Shown: positions 10,321 to 21,197, counted from the stretch's first letter. The stretch: 64,000 nt of DNA from an uncultured Verrucomicrobiae bacterium (GCA_963812605.1 CAWEWF010000001.1:96001-160000), one strand, 5' to 3'. Program-made: numbers and translations. Notes: generated by a model not told the origin, from the letters alone.

Positions 10321-10669
10321 GTGGCGCGGGCGTCTCGCCCGTGTCCTAAATCCATCTCTCGGCGTGCGAGGGATCTCCCGACCCCGCACCTCTCAGAAAT
10401 CTCCTCTCACCTCCGGGGGAGAGGATTAAGGTGAGGGGTTAAAAATGTGGGCTTCGACTTAAAAACGAACCCGATTGTAAAAACTCGTTCGTGCGTCCTA
10501 ACTCCCTGCCTTCCTGCTACATCCACACGAAATTCCACATCAGCCAATCGGGTTCGTTTCGCAGAAACACATGTTTCGAGGTCCTCCTTGTCCGCCAAAG
10601 CCTTGGCGGCGGCGGATTCCCCTTTGATATTCCCAGCCTTGAAAGTTGGACGTTGAGCGTTGAATGTTC
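10321..10669. repeat. Cluster of different small palindromic and short repeat elements
   Basis: GTGG-CGCGGGCG-TCT-CGCCCGTG (10321); CTCCTCTCACCTCCGGGGGAGAGG...GTGAGGGG (10401-10440); TGTCCGCCAAAGCCTTGGCGGCGGCGGA (10589-10616); four TTGRRNG heptamers (10639-10666). Confidence 0.5.
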
Positions 10670-10874
10670 ATCCGTTTGCCCGATCATACCCATCCCGAAA
10701 CACCGTGTCCAGCAAAATTATCGATTCCCGATTTAAAAATCGGCGCGGAGGGAGGTATTCTGAGCTCCGTTCCGAACACGAGATCTGAACGGCCACAAGT
10801 CGCAGCGGCGGTTAAAAATTAAAGTCGGCAAGAGCAGTACTTGCCAATCGGGCAGCGGTGCATAAGATTTTGTC

Positions 10875-10941
10875 TTCCGTAGTTTAGCTCGGTGTTCAAA
10901 CTCTCCGACGCTTGCTATTCTTTCCGCAGTTTAACTCCGTG
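10875..10941 (+). promoter_or_regulatory. Duplicated 20-bp candidate C-protein operator
   Basis: TTCCGTAGTTTAGCTCGGTG (10875-10894) and TTCCGCAGTTTAACTCCGTG (10922-10941), 17/20 identical; the second ends on the GTG start. Confidence 0.55.
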
Positions 10942-11148
10942 CCAACGATACAGCAGAAATTAGGAAAGCGAATCGCCAATCTGCGACGTGATGCAGAGAT
11001 GACGCAAGCTCAGCTTGCTGAGGCCAGTGGCTATTCGGAAGATTTCATCGGGCTTGTCGAACGGGGCATAAACGCACCTTCGGTCGAGGGATTGGAGAAG
11101 ATCGCCAAATCTTTGAAGGTGGGAATGAAGAGCCTTTTCGATTTTTGA
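10939..11148 (+). CDS. XRE HTH regulator, likely R-M controller (C) protein
   Basis: LGKRIANLR...MTQAQLAE...IGLVERGINAPS...KIAKSLKV; immediately upstream of the putative REase. Confidence 0.85.
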   Translation: MPTIQQKLGKRIANLRRDAEMTQAQLAEASGYSEDFIGLVERGINAPSVEGLEKIAKSLKVGMKSLFDF

Positions 11149-11152
11149 GGCC

Positions 11153-12043
11153 ATGGACTTTCTGCGCAAACCGCCGATTTTTGCCCGGCTTCGATCTGGC
11201 ATGGAGAGCGAAGTTAAGCGGTGCCAGGCCGTGAAAGGAGCAAAGCGCACAAAGACCGATCCAGTGAACAAACTACTATGGGGCAAGCTGTTCCCCGAAT
11301 TGATGGTAGAGCTGCAAGAAATGGCGGCCAAAGAGAAATGGAACGCCGAAACGCGCCTGGATGCGATGCTGCGGGTTTTTTATTGTAGCTTGGTGGTGAA
11401 CCTCGAAACGCGAAACAAGGTGGTGGCTTATGACTACATGGATTTCGCCCGTAGAATTGGAGAATTGTGGGAGGCTTTCTGCATGGTGTGTTGGGAAGCG
11501 CCCGTGAATCAGAAGCTGCGCCGCTTGAAGCCACAAATCTTTAAGTCGGTTAAGGAGGCGCTCCTCCGAGATTTTGCGGATCTCGCGAAAAGTGCCGGCC
11601 AAGCCAGAGCTGCTATTGTGCGAGAATACGAAAAAGCCATCGACCTACTGGGAAACATCAACCTCACAGAGGACGAGTATTGTGCTCTTGCAAAAAAGCG
11701 GTACGTGATCGACTTCAAGAGCGGGTTTGGCTCGAACGAGAAAGGCAATACGGAGCGGCTCTTAACGGTCGCAAAGATTTACCGTCTTCTGCCCGAAGAT
11801 CATACGTGCGTCCTTGCAGTCCGCTCAAAGGAGGACGAAGGGAATAACTACCTCCAAGTGCTTAAATCTTCCGGTCTTTGGACTGTCTATTGTGGGGCGG
11901 ATGCTTACGACTTTATGCGGTCTTTAACCGGATTCGACTTGGCCAGTTGGATCGGTAAGAACGTTTCGTTTCGCGAAGACATGGAAATAAAGGCGTATCG
12001 GCACTTGCATGCGCAAGATTTGACCAAGTATCTGACGTGGTAA
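11153..12043 (+). CDS. Putative Type II restriction endonuclease (PD-(D/E)xK-like)
   Basis: Lies between the C-protein gene and a convergent MTase; GELWE...TED...VIDFKSG pattern; family not recognised. Confidence 0.65.
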   Translation: MDFLRKPPIFARLRSGMESEVKRCQAVKGAKRTKTDPVNKLLWGKLFPELMVELQEMAAKEKWNAETRLDAMLRVFYCSLVVNLETRNKVVAYDYMDFARRIGELWEAFCMVCWEAPVNQKLRRLKPQIFKSVKEALLRDFADLAKSAGQARAAIVREYEKAIDLLGNINLTEDEYCALAKKRYVIDFKSGFGSNEKGNTERLLTVAKIYRLLPEDHTCVLAVRSKEDEGNNYLQVLKSSGLWTVYCGADAYDFMRSLTGFDLASWIGKNVSFREDMEIKAYRHLHAQDLTKYLTW

Positions 12044-12203
12044 GTTGCGAAGCGCCTCGACGGTAGAGTTCTGAAACGTAGTCATCTGACGCTGATTCTT
12101 CAGTCTCCGTGGAAAGGTCAAGCTTTCGTCTTCGAGCGATCAGTCTTCCAAAACCTCCAAGCTTGCGGATTTCATTCACGGAGGCGTTGGGCAGTGGCAA
12201 TTG

Positions 12204-13586
12204 CTAAAGATAGTTCGCAGAATTGTTCGCCGTAGGATTAATCGCCTCTTTCAACAGCCGCGATGCCATCGTGCTGTTCAAGATAGCCAATAGCGGGTAG
12301 AGCCATTCTCGTCGCAGTGGAAAAACGGCAACAACAGACTGATCAAAAACCCGTCTATCAAGCAGAAAGGCGTTGACTCGCGACGACGTGACCATGGGGA
12401 CACCGATCCCCTGCCGAAAATAGAACTGCGAGTTCTGGAAGCGCGCTTTCGTGTCTCTTTTGTAATGGGCAACGGCAGTTTTACTCCAGTTGATAGCCCA
12501 AATATCGGGCTGGCGGAATCTAAACGAGCCGCCCTTCACAATCGGAACCCAGTGCGCCCCCCTTGGACTCCCGCTCTGTTTTTCGCTAGAAGCGAGGGTG
12601 TGTCGACACAACGCCGTTGGGGCGACAGTTTCGCATTTCGACCGAGTGCCGCCGCCATTTGAGATGGCCCGAAGGAACCGTTTATTATCACCCGTGTAAA
12701 TCCCTGTCCTACACTCCGCCACATCGCCGACGTGAAGCTTCGAATTGCGGAGAATTGTTTCCAAGTCGGTTTCTCCGCTCGTCCAGATTCTCATACCGGG
12801 CCTTCTCAGCAATTTTCGCTGCGTAATCCTGAGTGCACTCGCAGAATCGCTGTGGGTTGCTAACTCGCTAAGCTCTCGGTCTGAGGAGATTGAGATCAAA
12901 CGTACCGCGTGTCCTTGAGCGGGCGTGCCTGATGGCTTTTTGAGCGTAATGACGCACAAACCTGCATAGCCGAAGCTCACTCCTGGGAACAACTTGGAGG
13001 GGAAAGACAGAATTTCCAAAATCTCAGTGCTCTTCAGAAGCAACTCTCTCAACGGGCGATGAACAGCAACGGCGAGAAACGTATCGGGCACGACAAATGT
13101 GAGAATGCCTTCGATTTCTAATAGCTCAAGACAGCGAAGAATGAATAGCGTGTAAGTCTCCCGAACATGAAAGCCCGGAAATTTCTTCTTCAATGAAGCT
13201 CGGGTTTCGTAATCGAGCCACCCGCCGTACGGAGGATTACCAAGTATGCGGTCAAACCGCTCAGGAAAATGAGCGATCCTGAATCGACCTTCGTGTCCAC
13301 AAAGCTGATCCAAAATAGTGTCGGCTTCCAGAGCGCGAATCGTCCCACTGTACTTTCGGAGAAGTAGTTCGATCATTTGCGGATTCTTGTCGATGCAGAA
13401 GATTCTCAAACTCAAGCGCGCCTGGAGCAGCGCTTCTACAAATGCGCCGTCTCCTGCCGCTGGTTCTAACACGCTTTGCCCATCACGCAGATTTAGCTTT
13501 CCTAGCATGTATTGGCGGATTGGGTCTGATTGCGTGTAGTACGAACAGAACACATTCTGCTGCCGGTCAATCGTGGTTCTTGACAT
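12204..13586 (-). CDS. Gamma-class N6-adenine DNA methyltransferase (TaqI/Eco57I-like) with in-frame TAG near the C-terminus
   Basis: LEPAAGDG motif I precedes GNPPY motif IV; TaqI-C-like TRD; the same frame continues QLPLP... after the TAG at 12204-12206. Confidence 0.88.
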   Translation of the reverse strand: MSRTTIDRQQNVFCSYYTQSDPIRQYMLGKLNLRDGQSVLEPAAGDGAFVEALLQARLSLRIFCIDKNPQMIELLLRKYSGTIRALEADTILDQLCGHEGRFRIAHFPERFDRILGNPPYGGWLDYETRASLKKKFPGFHVRETYTLFILRCLELLEIEGILTFVVPDTFLAVAVHRPLRELLLKSTEILEILSFPSKLFPGVSFGYAGLCVITLKKPSGTPAQGHAVRLISISSDRELSELATHSDSASALRITQRKLLRRPGMRIWTSGETDLETILRNSKLHVGDVAECRTGIYTGDNKRFLRAISNGGGTRSKCETVAPTALCRHTLASSEKQSGSPRGAHWVPIVKGGSFRFRQPDIWAINWSKTAVAHYKRDTKARFQNSQFYFRQGIGVPMVTSSRVNAFLLDRRVFDQSVVAVFPLRREWLYPLLAILNSTMASRLLKEAINPTANNSANYL

Positions 13587-13757
13587 GTCAACTCACACTA
13601 GTTAAAACGCATCCCGTAGTCAAGCTACGGTTCGTGTTCTTGCCCGCCCATCCCCATACCATGTCTGTCCCTCCATTGAATTTCCCTTGATGCCTGCTAT
13701 ACTCTCGCGCTGTTCGCAGGTTAACCCCGAAAGCTTTCGGGGGGCGAGGCAGAATTC

Positions 13758-15121
13758 ATGGACGACACGATTGCGGCAATTTCCACTCCGATTGGTGAAG
13801 GCGGTATCGCCATCATTCGCGTTTCGGGGCCAAACGCTTTGACGGTGGCAGATCGCATCTTCCACTCCCGCGACGGTAGGGTCACTGAGTTCCCCTCGCA
13901 TACGCTTCATTTTGGGACCATTGGACGCAACGGGGAAATGATCGATCAGGTTATGCTGGGGGTCTTGCGGGCACCGCGAACCTATACCAAGGAAGACACT
14001 GTTGAAATCAATTGCCACGGCGGGGTGCTTACGGCTCGCAAGATTCTCGCGCTCTGCCTCCAAAGCGGCGCCCGCCTCGCGGAACCTGGCGAATTCACCA
14101 AGCGGGCGTTTCTGAACGGCCGTCTCGACCTCACGCAAGCGGAAGCGGTCATGGACCTGATTCGCGCAAAGTCGGACCGCGCCCATACCGCCGCCGTTCA
14201 CGAATTAGAAGGCCATCTTTCGAAAAAAATCGATGAAGCCCGGGAGAAACTTATCACCATCCTCGCGCACATCGAGGCCCACATCGATTTTCCCGAAGAA
14301 GACATCGCCCCGGAGACAAGAGAAACACTGCTTCGCGACACCGAGTCCGTTTTGACGTTCGTCCGTTCTCTGCTCGCCACCGCTCGCGAAGGAAGGATTT
14401 TGCGAGAAGGCATTTCTGTCGCCATCGTTGGCCGGCCTAACGTCGGCAAGTCCAGTTTGCTGAATGCCTTGGTCGGCACGGACCGCTCCATCGTCACGCC
14501 AATTCCTGGCACGACGCGCGATACCATTGAAGAGTCGGCGAGCATTTCTGGAATTCCTTTTCGACTTACCGATACAGCGGGTATACGGAAGACCCGCGGC
14601 GCTGCGGAGCAGATCGGCGTGGAGCGCAGCCGCAAAATATTGGACATCAGTGAGATCGTATTGTTGGTGCTGGATTCATCGAAACCGCTTACTGCCGCGG
14701 ATCGTGAACTTGCCAGGCAGAGCCAGGGAAAGAATACCCTCTTGGTTCTGAATAAAGTCGATCTCCCGAATCGCTTGCGCCTACCAGATGGTTTGGCGAG
14801 AGTTGAGAGCGTTAAAGTATCAGCAACCAATGGCGCGGGGCTCGACGCTCTTCGCGATAAACTGGTGAGCCTTGCCTATTCCGGAAAGGTTGGTACAACT
14901 GACGTCGACGTGGCAATTAACGAAAGACAAAGCTGCTCTGCTCGAATCCTCTGACGAAATACTTGACAGAATGTATTATATTATTTAAAGCCAAGCAACC
15001 CCTTGAAATTGTTGCCCAGCAACTCCGCCGAAGTCTGCACGCGATAGGCGAGATTACCGGTAAGACGGCTACTGAAGACGTGTTGAATAAAATCTTCAGC
15101 ACATTCTGCATCGGAAAATGA
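13758..15121 (+). CDS. mnmE: tRNA modification GTPase (frameshifted near 14930-14955)
   Basis: DTIAAISTP, EINCHGG, GRPNVGKSS, GTTRD, DTAG, NKVD; C-terminal GEITG...IFSTFCIGK lies in another frame, ending at TGA 15119-15121. Confidence 0.95.
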
Positions 15122-17119
15122 GCAGCACCTTTACTTACCCGAAGCGTTACGACGTCATTGTGATTGGTGCTGGTCACGCAGGTACGGAGGCAGCTCTCGC
15201 CAGCGCGCGCATCGGGTGCCAGACGTTATTGCTCACCACCAATCTGGATACCATCGGCCAGATGTCCTGCAACCCGGCGATCGGCGGACTCGCGAAGGGC
15301 CATCTGGCCAGGGAGATCGACGCCCTCGGCGGTGAGATGGGCGTCAACACCGATGCTACTGGCATCCAGTTTCGGATGCTCAACACGAAGAAGGGTCCTT
15401 CGGTATGGGCACCGCGCGCCCAGTGCGACAAGAAGGCTTATCAATTCAGGCTGAAGTGGGTAGTCGAGAAGCAGCCGAATCTGGATGTGAAGCAGGCGAT
15501 GATCGATGATTTGGTCGTCGAGGGCGACAGAGTTTGCGGCGTCATAACCAAAATGGGTGTCCGCTACGATGCGGGAGCCGTCATCGTCACCACGGGAACA
15601 TTCCTCCGCGGTCTGATCCACATCGGCGAATCGAAGATGGAAGCTGGCCGTGCTGGCGAGCCGGCGGCGTATTCGCTATCGGATACCCTGCGCCGGACTC
15701 GGATTTGAACTTGGACGCTTAAAAACAGGCACGCCCGCCAGGTTAAACCGGCGCTCCATCGACTTCTCCAAAATGGATCTTCAGCCAGGGGACGACCCAA
15801 TTCCATTTTTCTCCTACCGTACGCCGCGAACGTTCCACGTGGAACAATTGCCCTGTTACCTGACCTACACCACCGAGAAAACCCGTGAGAGTCATTCAGG
15901 CCAACCTCCATCGGTCGCCAATGTACTCGGGACAGATTCAAGGAGTCGGCCCGCGATATTGCCCATCCATCGAAGACAAATTCGTCAAATTCGCCGAAAA
16001 AGAGCGCCATCAGATCTTCTTGGAGCCCGAAGGTCGCGGAACGGACGAATTCTACGTAAACGGCGCTTCCACGAGCCTCCCAGAGGACGTTCAATTGCTG
16101 ATGATCCAGACAATTGTCGGCCTCGAGAACGCGCAGATCATGCGCCCCGCTTACGCAGTCGAATACGATTACAGTCTCCCTCATCAGCTTCACCCGACGA
16201 TGGAGACGAAGCTGATTGAAAACCTCTACTTCGCCGGACAGATCAACGGCACCTCTGGATACGAAGAGGCTGGTGCCCAAGGTCTTGTCGCCGGCATCAA
16301 CGCCGCACTGAAAGCGCAAATCCAGCAAAGAGCTAATACTGACGCGTGCAGATAGTTACATCTGGTGTATTGATAGACGACCTGATCACCAAAAGCACTG
16401 ATGAACCCTACCGCATGTTCACTTCCCGCGCTGAATATCGGCTTCTGCTACGCCAAGACAACGCCGATCTTCGCCTCACGCCTCTCGGCCGCAAGGCCGG
16501 TTTGGTTTCCGATGAACACTGGGCGTTGTTCGAACAAAAACGCCAGAGCATCGAGCATGAGATTGACCGACTGCGTAAATCGCGCGACGGATCTTTCACG
16601 TACGCCGAAATTCTTCGACGGCCGGAAGTCGTGTACAATTCACTCCCGATAGCCAACAAGAATCTCCCAGACGACGTTACCCAGGAAGTTGAGATTCAAC
16701 TGAAGTACGAGGGCTACATTGCCCGCGACCTCGAACAAATTGAACGGTTCCACAAGCTTGAAAATAAAAGCCTTCCAGGCTGGTTGGATTATGAAAAGAT
16801 CGCTGCGCTGCGATTTGAATCGCGGCAGAAATTAACTCGCTACCGACCCGATTCGATTGGCCAGGCCTCCCGGATTCCCGGTGTCACGCCTGCCGACATC
16901 GCCATCCTTCTCGTCTGGATCAAGCGAGCTGGGAAGCGCGGCCGCTTAGGCCGTCTTCCGATCCTTCAGGATCATCCGCCGGAATTCTTCAAACAACATA
17001 TCCGCGTCGTGCGGCCCCGGCGATGCCTCGGGATGATACTGAACGCTGAAAATCGGCAGCTTCTTGTGCCGCATCCCCTCGACTGTCTGGTCATTCAGGT
17101 TAATCTGCGAGATTTGTAG
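15118..17119 (+). CDS. mnmG: tRNA uridine-5-carboxymethylaminomethyl(34) synthesis enzyme (several frameshifts)
   Basis: [60 protein letters not shown] spread over several frames; homology ends near 16930 and the ORF tail overlaps carA. Confidence 0.93.
15831..15846. promoter_or_regulatory. parS centromere-like site inside mnmG
   Basis: CGTTCCACGTGGAACA, a 14-bp perfect palindrome core fitting the TGTTNCACGTGNAACA ParB-binding consensus. Confidence 0.75.
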
Positions 17120-18121
17120 GTCATTTTGATTCAGGCTCTGGGGGTCAACAGCGAATCCGTGATTTTGCGAAGTAATTGATACTTTGCCACTTACAACGTC
17201 CTTCACTGGCTGGTTCGCTCCGCGATGTCCGAATTTCAACTTAAACGTCCTGCCTCCAAAAGCGAATCCCAGTATCTGATGCCCCAGGCAAATCCCAAAA
17301 ATCGGAACTTCACTTATAAGATCGCGCACGGCCTCGTGAGCATAATCCAAGGCTTCAGGATCGCCAGGCCCGTTGGATAGAAACACGCCCCGTGGTTCAT
17401 ACTTCATCACTTCCTCAGCCTTGGCGGTCGCCGGCACGACCTGAACGCGGAAGCCATGCTGCCGCAGTTTACGAAGGATGTTATACTTGATGCCGAAGTC
17501 GAATGCCACAATCGGGATGTCGGCCTCCGGCAATTTGGTCGCATACTCCATTTTACCATTGGCCATGTGATCAATCTTCCACCCGTGGCTGAGATCATCT
17601 TGCGGGTCCCAAGCGAACGCCTGCCGATGCGTAACTTCCTTCACGTAATCTACGCCAACGATCCCTTTCCACTCGCTCGCGCGTGCCACCGCTTCTTTGT
17701 CGCCAAGCCCCTCGGTCGATATGCAGGACTTCATAGCACCCTTGACACGCAATATTTTTGTCAAGGAACGCGTATCAATTCCTTGAACCCCGGCGATTTT
17801 ATATTTCTCAAGATACTTGGGCAGAGAATCTTGCGCACGCCAATTGGATACAATTCCCGAAAGCTCTCGGACAACAAACCCGGAAACGTGCGGTCGCCAG
17901 CTCTCCACGTCCGCGGGATTGACCCCGTAGTTCCCAATCTGGGGATAGGTCATCGCGACGATCTGGCCTTTATAGGACGGGTCGGTCAGGATTTCCTGGT
18001 AACCCGTCATCGAAGTATTGAAGACGGCTTCGCCACAAGCCGTACCTTTGGCGCCAAAACCGACGCCACGGTAGACCGTGCCATCTTCCAGTGCGAAAAC
18101 TCCCTCCAGTTCCGTCGTCAT
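16946..18121 (-). CDS. carA: Carbamoyl-phosphate synthase small subunit
   Basis: [45 protein letters not shown]. Confidence 0.97.
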   Translation of the reverse strand: MTTELEGVFALEDGTVYRGVGFGAKGTACGEAVFNTSMTGYQEILTDPSYKGQIVAMTYPQIGNYGVNPADVESWRPHVSGFVVRELSGIVSNWRAQDSLPKYLEKYKIAGVQGIDTRSLTKILRVKGAMKSCISTEGLGDKEAVARASEWKGIVGVDYVKEVTHRQAFAWDPQDDLSHGWKIDHMANGKMEYATKLPEADIPIVAFDFGIKYNILRKLRQHGFRVQVVPATAKAEEVMKYEPRGVFLSNGPGDPEALDYAHEAVRDLISEVPIFGICLGHQILGFAFGGRTFKLKFGHRGANQPVKDVVSGKVSITSQNHGFAVDPQSLNQNDLQISQINLNDQTVEGMRHKKLPIFSVQYHPEASPGPHDADMLFEEFRRMILKDRKTA

Positions 18122-19398
18122 TTCGATTGTTTCTCGGTCTCGCGCCAAACGACTTTACCCTTCACGATCGTTGCCAATGCCCGCCCGCGAAGTTTCCATC
18201 CGTGAAATGGTGAATTGCGTGACTTGCTCGCCGACTGCGCGACATCGTAGATCCACTCGCGTTCCGGGTCAATAATGGTGATGTTCGCATCCGCATTGAC
18301 CGAAAGAGTTCCTTCTTGCAAGCGCAGCAGGCGCGCCGGGTTCACCGTGAATTTTTCGACGAGCGCCCGCAGATTGAGAACTTTCTTCCGGACGAGTTCG
18401 AGGGAAAGCGCCAACTCCGTTTCCAAGCCGATAATTCCAAACGGCGCGATATCAAACTCCACTTCCTTCTCGTACGTGCAATGCGGCGCGTGATCGCTGC
18501 CGATAATCTCCAGCGTGCCGTCCGCAAGTCCCGCCAGGAGCGCATCACGATCGCGTTCCGTGCGCAAAGGAGGATTCATCTTGTAATTCGTGTCGTAGTT
18601 CTTCACGCATTCTTCCGTCAACGTAAAGTGATGCGGGCAGGCTTCGCCGGAAATTTTGATGCCGCGCTTTTTTGCCTGGCGGATGAGTTCTACCGAACGC
18701 GCCGAGGAAACGTGCTGGCAGTGGATATGCCAATCCACTTGCTCGGCGATCAAAATATTTCGCGCCACGATCACGTCTTCGCCAATCGACGGCCAACCGC
18801 GCAGCCCGAGCGCCGCGCTCCAATGGCCTTCGTTCATTACGCCGTCCGCGGCCAGGTTGTAATCCTGGCAATGATCGAGCACAGGAAGGTCGAACATTTT
18901 CGCGTACTCAACCGCCCGCCGCATCAGCTCGTTGTTCTGCACACAATGGCCATCGTCGGTGATGGCCACCACGCCGGCTTTCTTCAGCGACCCGATCGGG
19001 GCCAACTCTTCCCCCTTGAGTTCCTTCGTGATCGCGCCCGTTGGAAATACATTCACGCAGGCAACTTCCGCGGCGCGCTGTTTCATGAACGCGATCGTGC
19101 CGGTGTTGTCCGCCGCCGGCGTTGTATTGGGCATGCAGACCACCGAAGTGAAACCGCCGCGCGCCGCGCAAAGTGTTCCCGTCGCAAACGTCTCCTTGTC
19201 GCTCCGTCCCGGCTCGCGCAAATGTACATGCATATCGATCAACCCGGGCGTGACAATCTTGCCCGTGGCGTCGATCACGTCCGCGCCTTTTGCCGCAACA
19301 CCGGCAATCTTGCCATCGACAACGAACACGTCGCGCACTTCGTCCACGTTGTTTGCGGGGTCGATCACGCGGCCGTTTTTGATTACCAGGGAGTTCAT
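18118..19398 (-). CDS. pyrC: Dihydroorotase
   Basis: [27 protein letters not shown]. Confidence 0.96.
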   Translation of the reverse strand: MNSLVIKNGRVIDPANNVDEVRDVFVVDGKIAGVAAKGADVIDATGKIVTPGLIDMHVHLREPGRSDKETFATGTLCAARGGFTSVVCMPNTTPAADNTGTIAFMKQRAAEVACVNVFPTGAITKELKGEELAPIGSLKKAGVVAITDDGHCVQNNELMRRAVEYAKMFDLPVLDHCQDYNLAADGVMNEGHWSAALGLRGWPSIGEDVIVARNILIAEQVDWHIHCQHVSSARSVELIRQAKKRGIKISGEACPHHFTLTEECVKNYDTNYKMNPPLRTERDRDALLAGLADGTLEIIGSDHAPHCTYEKEVEFDIAPFGIIGLETELALSLELVRKKVLNLRALVEKFTVNPARLLRLQEGTLSVNADANITIIDPEREWIYDVAQSASKSRNSPFHGWKLRGRALATIVKGKVVWRETEKQSK

Positions 19399-20345
19399 TC
19401 CGCGCCCTCCGCGGAATGTTTTCCGCCCGCGCAGAGAAACAGCACGGCCATGCGGACGGCCAGACCATTCGTGACCTGTTCCAAAATCACCGAGCGCCCG
19501 CAATCGGCAATTTCACTGTCGATTTCAACACCGCGATTGATGGGTCCGGGGTGCATGATCATGGCCTCTGGCTTCGTGCGCGCAAACCGCTCTTTGTTCA
19601 GGCCAAACATCGCCGCGTATTCGCCGATGCCCGGGAACATTGTCAGCCGCTGACGCTCGTGCTGAATGCGCAGCAGATTGATCACGTCCGCGTCGCGAAT
19701 CGCTTCGTCAATGTCGTAAGTCACGCGGCAACCGAATTCCTCGAACACGCGCGGCACCAGCGTCGACGGTCCCGCCAGGGTGACGCGCGCGCCGAGTTTG
19801 GTGAGCAACCAGATATTCGAGCGGGCGACGCGCGAATACAGGATGTCGCCGAGAATCGTCACGTTGAGTCCCGCAATGCGCCCCTTCTTCTCGCGAATCG
19901 TGAACGCGTCGAGCAACGCCTGCGTCGGATGTTCGTGGGCCCCGTCGCCCGCGTTGATCACGCTGGCCTTCAGCAGTCGCGAGAGAAAATGCGGCGCGCC
20001 CGCCGCCGAGTGACGAATGACGATGATGTCGGTGTTCAACGCCTGGAGATTCAGCGCGGTGTCCTTGAGCGTTTCGCCCTTGACGATGCTCGAGGCGGAC
20101 GTCGTGATATTGATCACGTCGGCCGAGAGCCGTTTCGCCGCCAACTCGAAACTCGTGCGCGTCCGCGTCGACGGCTCGATAAATAGGTTCACCATCGTCT
20201 TGCCGCGCAGCGACGGCACTTTCTTGACCGCGCGCTGGCCGACCTGCTTGAACGCCGCCGCCGTGTCGAGCAGGCAATTGATCTCGTCCACCGTCAGGTC
20301 TTGGATCCCGAGCAGGTCCTTGTGGTTCCACGCGGTGGTCGTCAT
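19395..20345 (-). CDS. pyrB: Aspartate carbamoyltransferase catalytic subunit
   Basis: [27 protein letters not shown]. Confidence 0.97.
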   Translation of the reverse strand: MTTTAWNHKDLLGIQDLTVDEINCLLDTAAAFKQVGQRAVKKVPSLRGKTMVNLFIEPSTRTRTSFELAAKRLSADVINITTSASSIVKGETLKDTALNLQALNTDIIVIRHSAAGAPHFLSRLLKASVINAGDGAHEHPTQALLDAFTIREKKGRIAGLNVTILGDILYSRVARSNIWLLTKLGARVTLAGPSTLVPRVFEEFGCRVTYDIDEAIRDADVINLLRIQHERQRLTMFPGIGEYAAMFGLNKERFARTKPEAMIMHPGPINRGVEIDSEIADCGRSVILEQVTNGLAVRMAVLFLCAGGKHSAEGAE

Positions 20346-20872
20346 CGCTCGATCACCACCTCGTCTTTGCCGTCGATCTCCGTCAGTCGCACACGCACGC
20401 GTTCACCGGGCGCCGTCGGCACATTCTTGCCCACGTAATCGGGCCGAATCGGCAGTTCGCGGTGACCGCGGTCGATCAGGCTGGCCAGTTGGATCCGTTG
20501 CGGCCTTCCAAAATCGCTGATCTCGTCCATTGCCGCGCGGATCGTGCGACCCGTAAACAGCACATCATCCACCAGTACGACCGCCCGATTGGTGACATCG
20601 AAAGTAATATTGGAAGGCCCCACCTGCGGCGGCGCATTCCGCAACGCCAGATCGTCACGGTGCATCGAGATGTCCAGTTCACCCACGGGAAACTCGCGCT
20701 TGAGGATCGCCCCGACCCTGGCCGCCAATCGTTGCGCCAGGGGCGCGCCATGGGTATGTATGCCAATGAACACCAACGCATCGGGCTCGGGGTTGTGCTC
20801 GACAATCTCGTGGGCCATGCGCGTCAGCGCCCGCTCCAGCGCCGCTCCGTCCATGAGAATTGTCGTGCTCAT
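20342..20872 (-). CDS. pyrR: Pyrimidine operon attenuation regulator / UPRTase
   Basis: [32 protein letters not shown]. Confidence 0.96.
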   Translation of the reverse strand: MSTTILMDGAALERALTRMAHEIVEHNPEPDALVFIGIHTHGAPLAQRLAARVGAILKREFPVGELDISMHRDDLALRNAPPQVGPSNITFDVTNRAVVLVDDVLFTGRTIRAAMDEISDFGRPQRIQLASLIDRGHRELPIRPDYVGKNVPTAPGERVRVRLTEIDGKDEVVIER

Positions 20873-20877
20873 GACGC

Positions 20878-20910
20878 AAAAAAAACCGTCCGCCCGGGTT
20901 GGGCAAACGG
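20878..20910 (-). terminator. Attenuator terminator in the pyrR leader
   Basis: Minus strand CCGTTTGCCC-AACCC-GGGCGGACGG followed by 8 T, just upstream of the pyrR ATG. Confidence 0.85.
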
Positions 20911-20944
20911 TCTCGTTAAAATGCCTGTGTCTTTCATCATCGCT

Positions 20945-20974
20945 CCTTGCTGGCCTCTCGGACCAACTTAAAGG
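20945..20974 (-). promoter_or_regulatory. PyrR-binding RNA loop
   Basis: Minus strand CCTTTAAGTTGGTCCGAGAGGCCAGCAAGG resembles the PyrR-binding consensus (CUUUAA...GUCCNGNGAGGY...AAGG). Confidence 0.85.
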
Positions 20975-20996
20975 CGCCTTGTACAATTCCGCAGAA

Positions 20997-21197
20997 CTAC
21001 GAGCGCGAGTCTTTCCGTGACCTGCGCCAGTTGGACCGGTGTTTCACGATCCAATCCAGCAGCGCGCGCTCAAAACCGATGTCATGCCCCGCTTTTTCGC
21101 TCTCAATCCACTTGTGCCGCAAAATCTCCTCGCGCTCAGCCAAAAACTCCCGGTACAACGCCGAGTTCATCACCATATCTTTCGAGTCGCCGCTCAT
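20997..21197 (-). CDS. Small DUF4032-like protein
   Basis: LYREFLAEREEILRHKWIESEKAGHDIGFERALLDW, a pattern I associate with PVC-group small proteins. Confidence 0.75.
   Translation of the reverse strand: MSGDSKDMVMNSALYREFLAEREEILRHKWIESEKAGHDIGFERALLDWIVKHRSNWRRSRKDSRS

Noticed and set aside
12204-12206. Stop-codon recoding or pyrrolysine at the MTase TAG
   Set aside because: TAG ends other genes in the window normally, and no pyl machinery is visible
16946-17119. Functional 174-nt convergent overlap of mnmG and carA
   Set aside because: MnmG similarity ends near 16930; the extension is probably run-on or another indel
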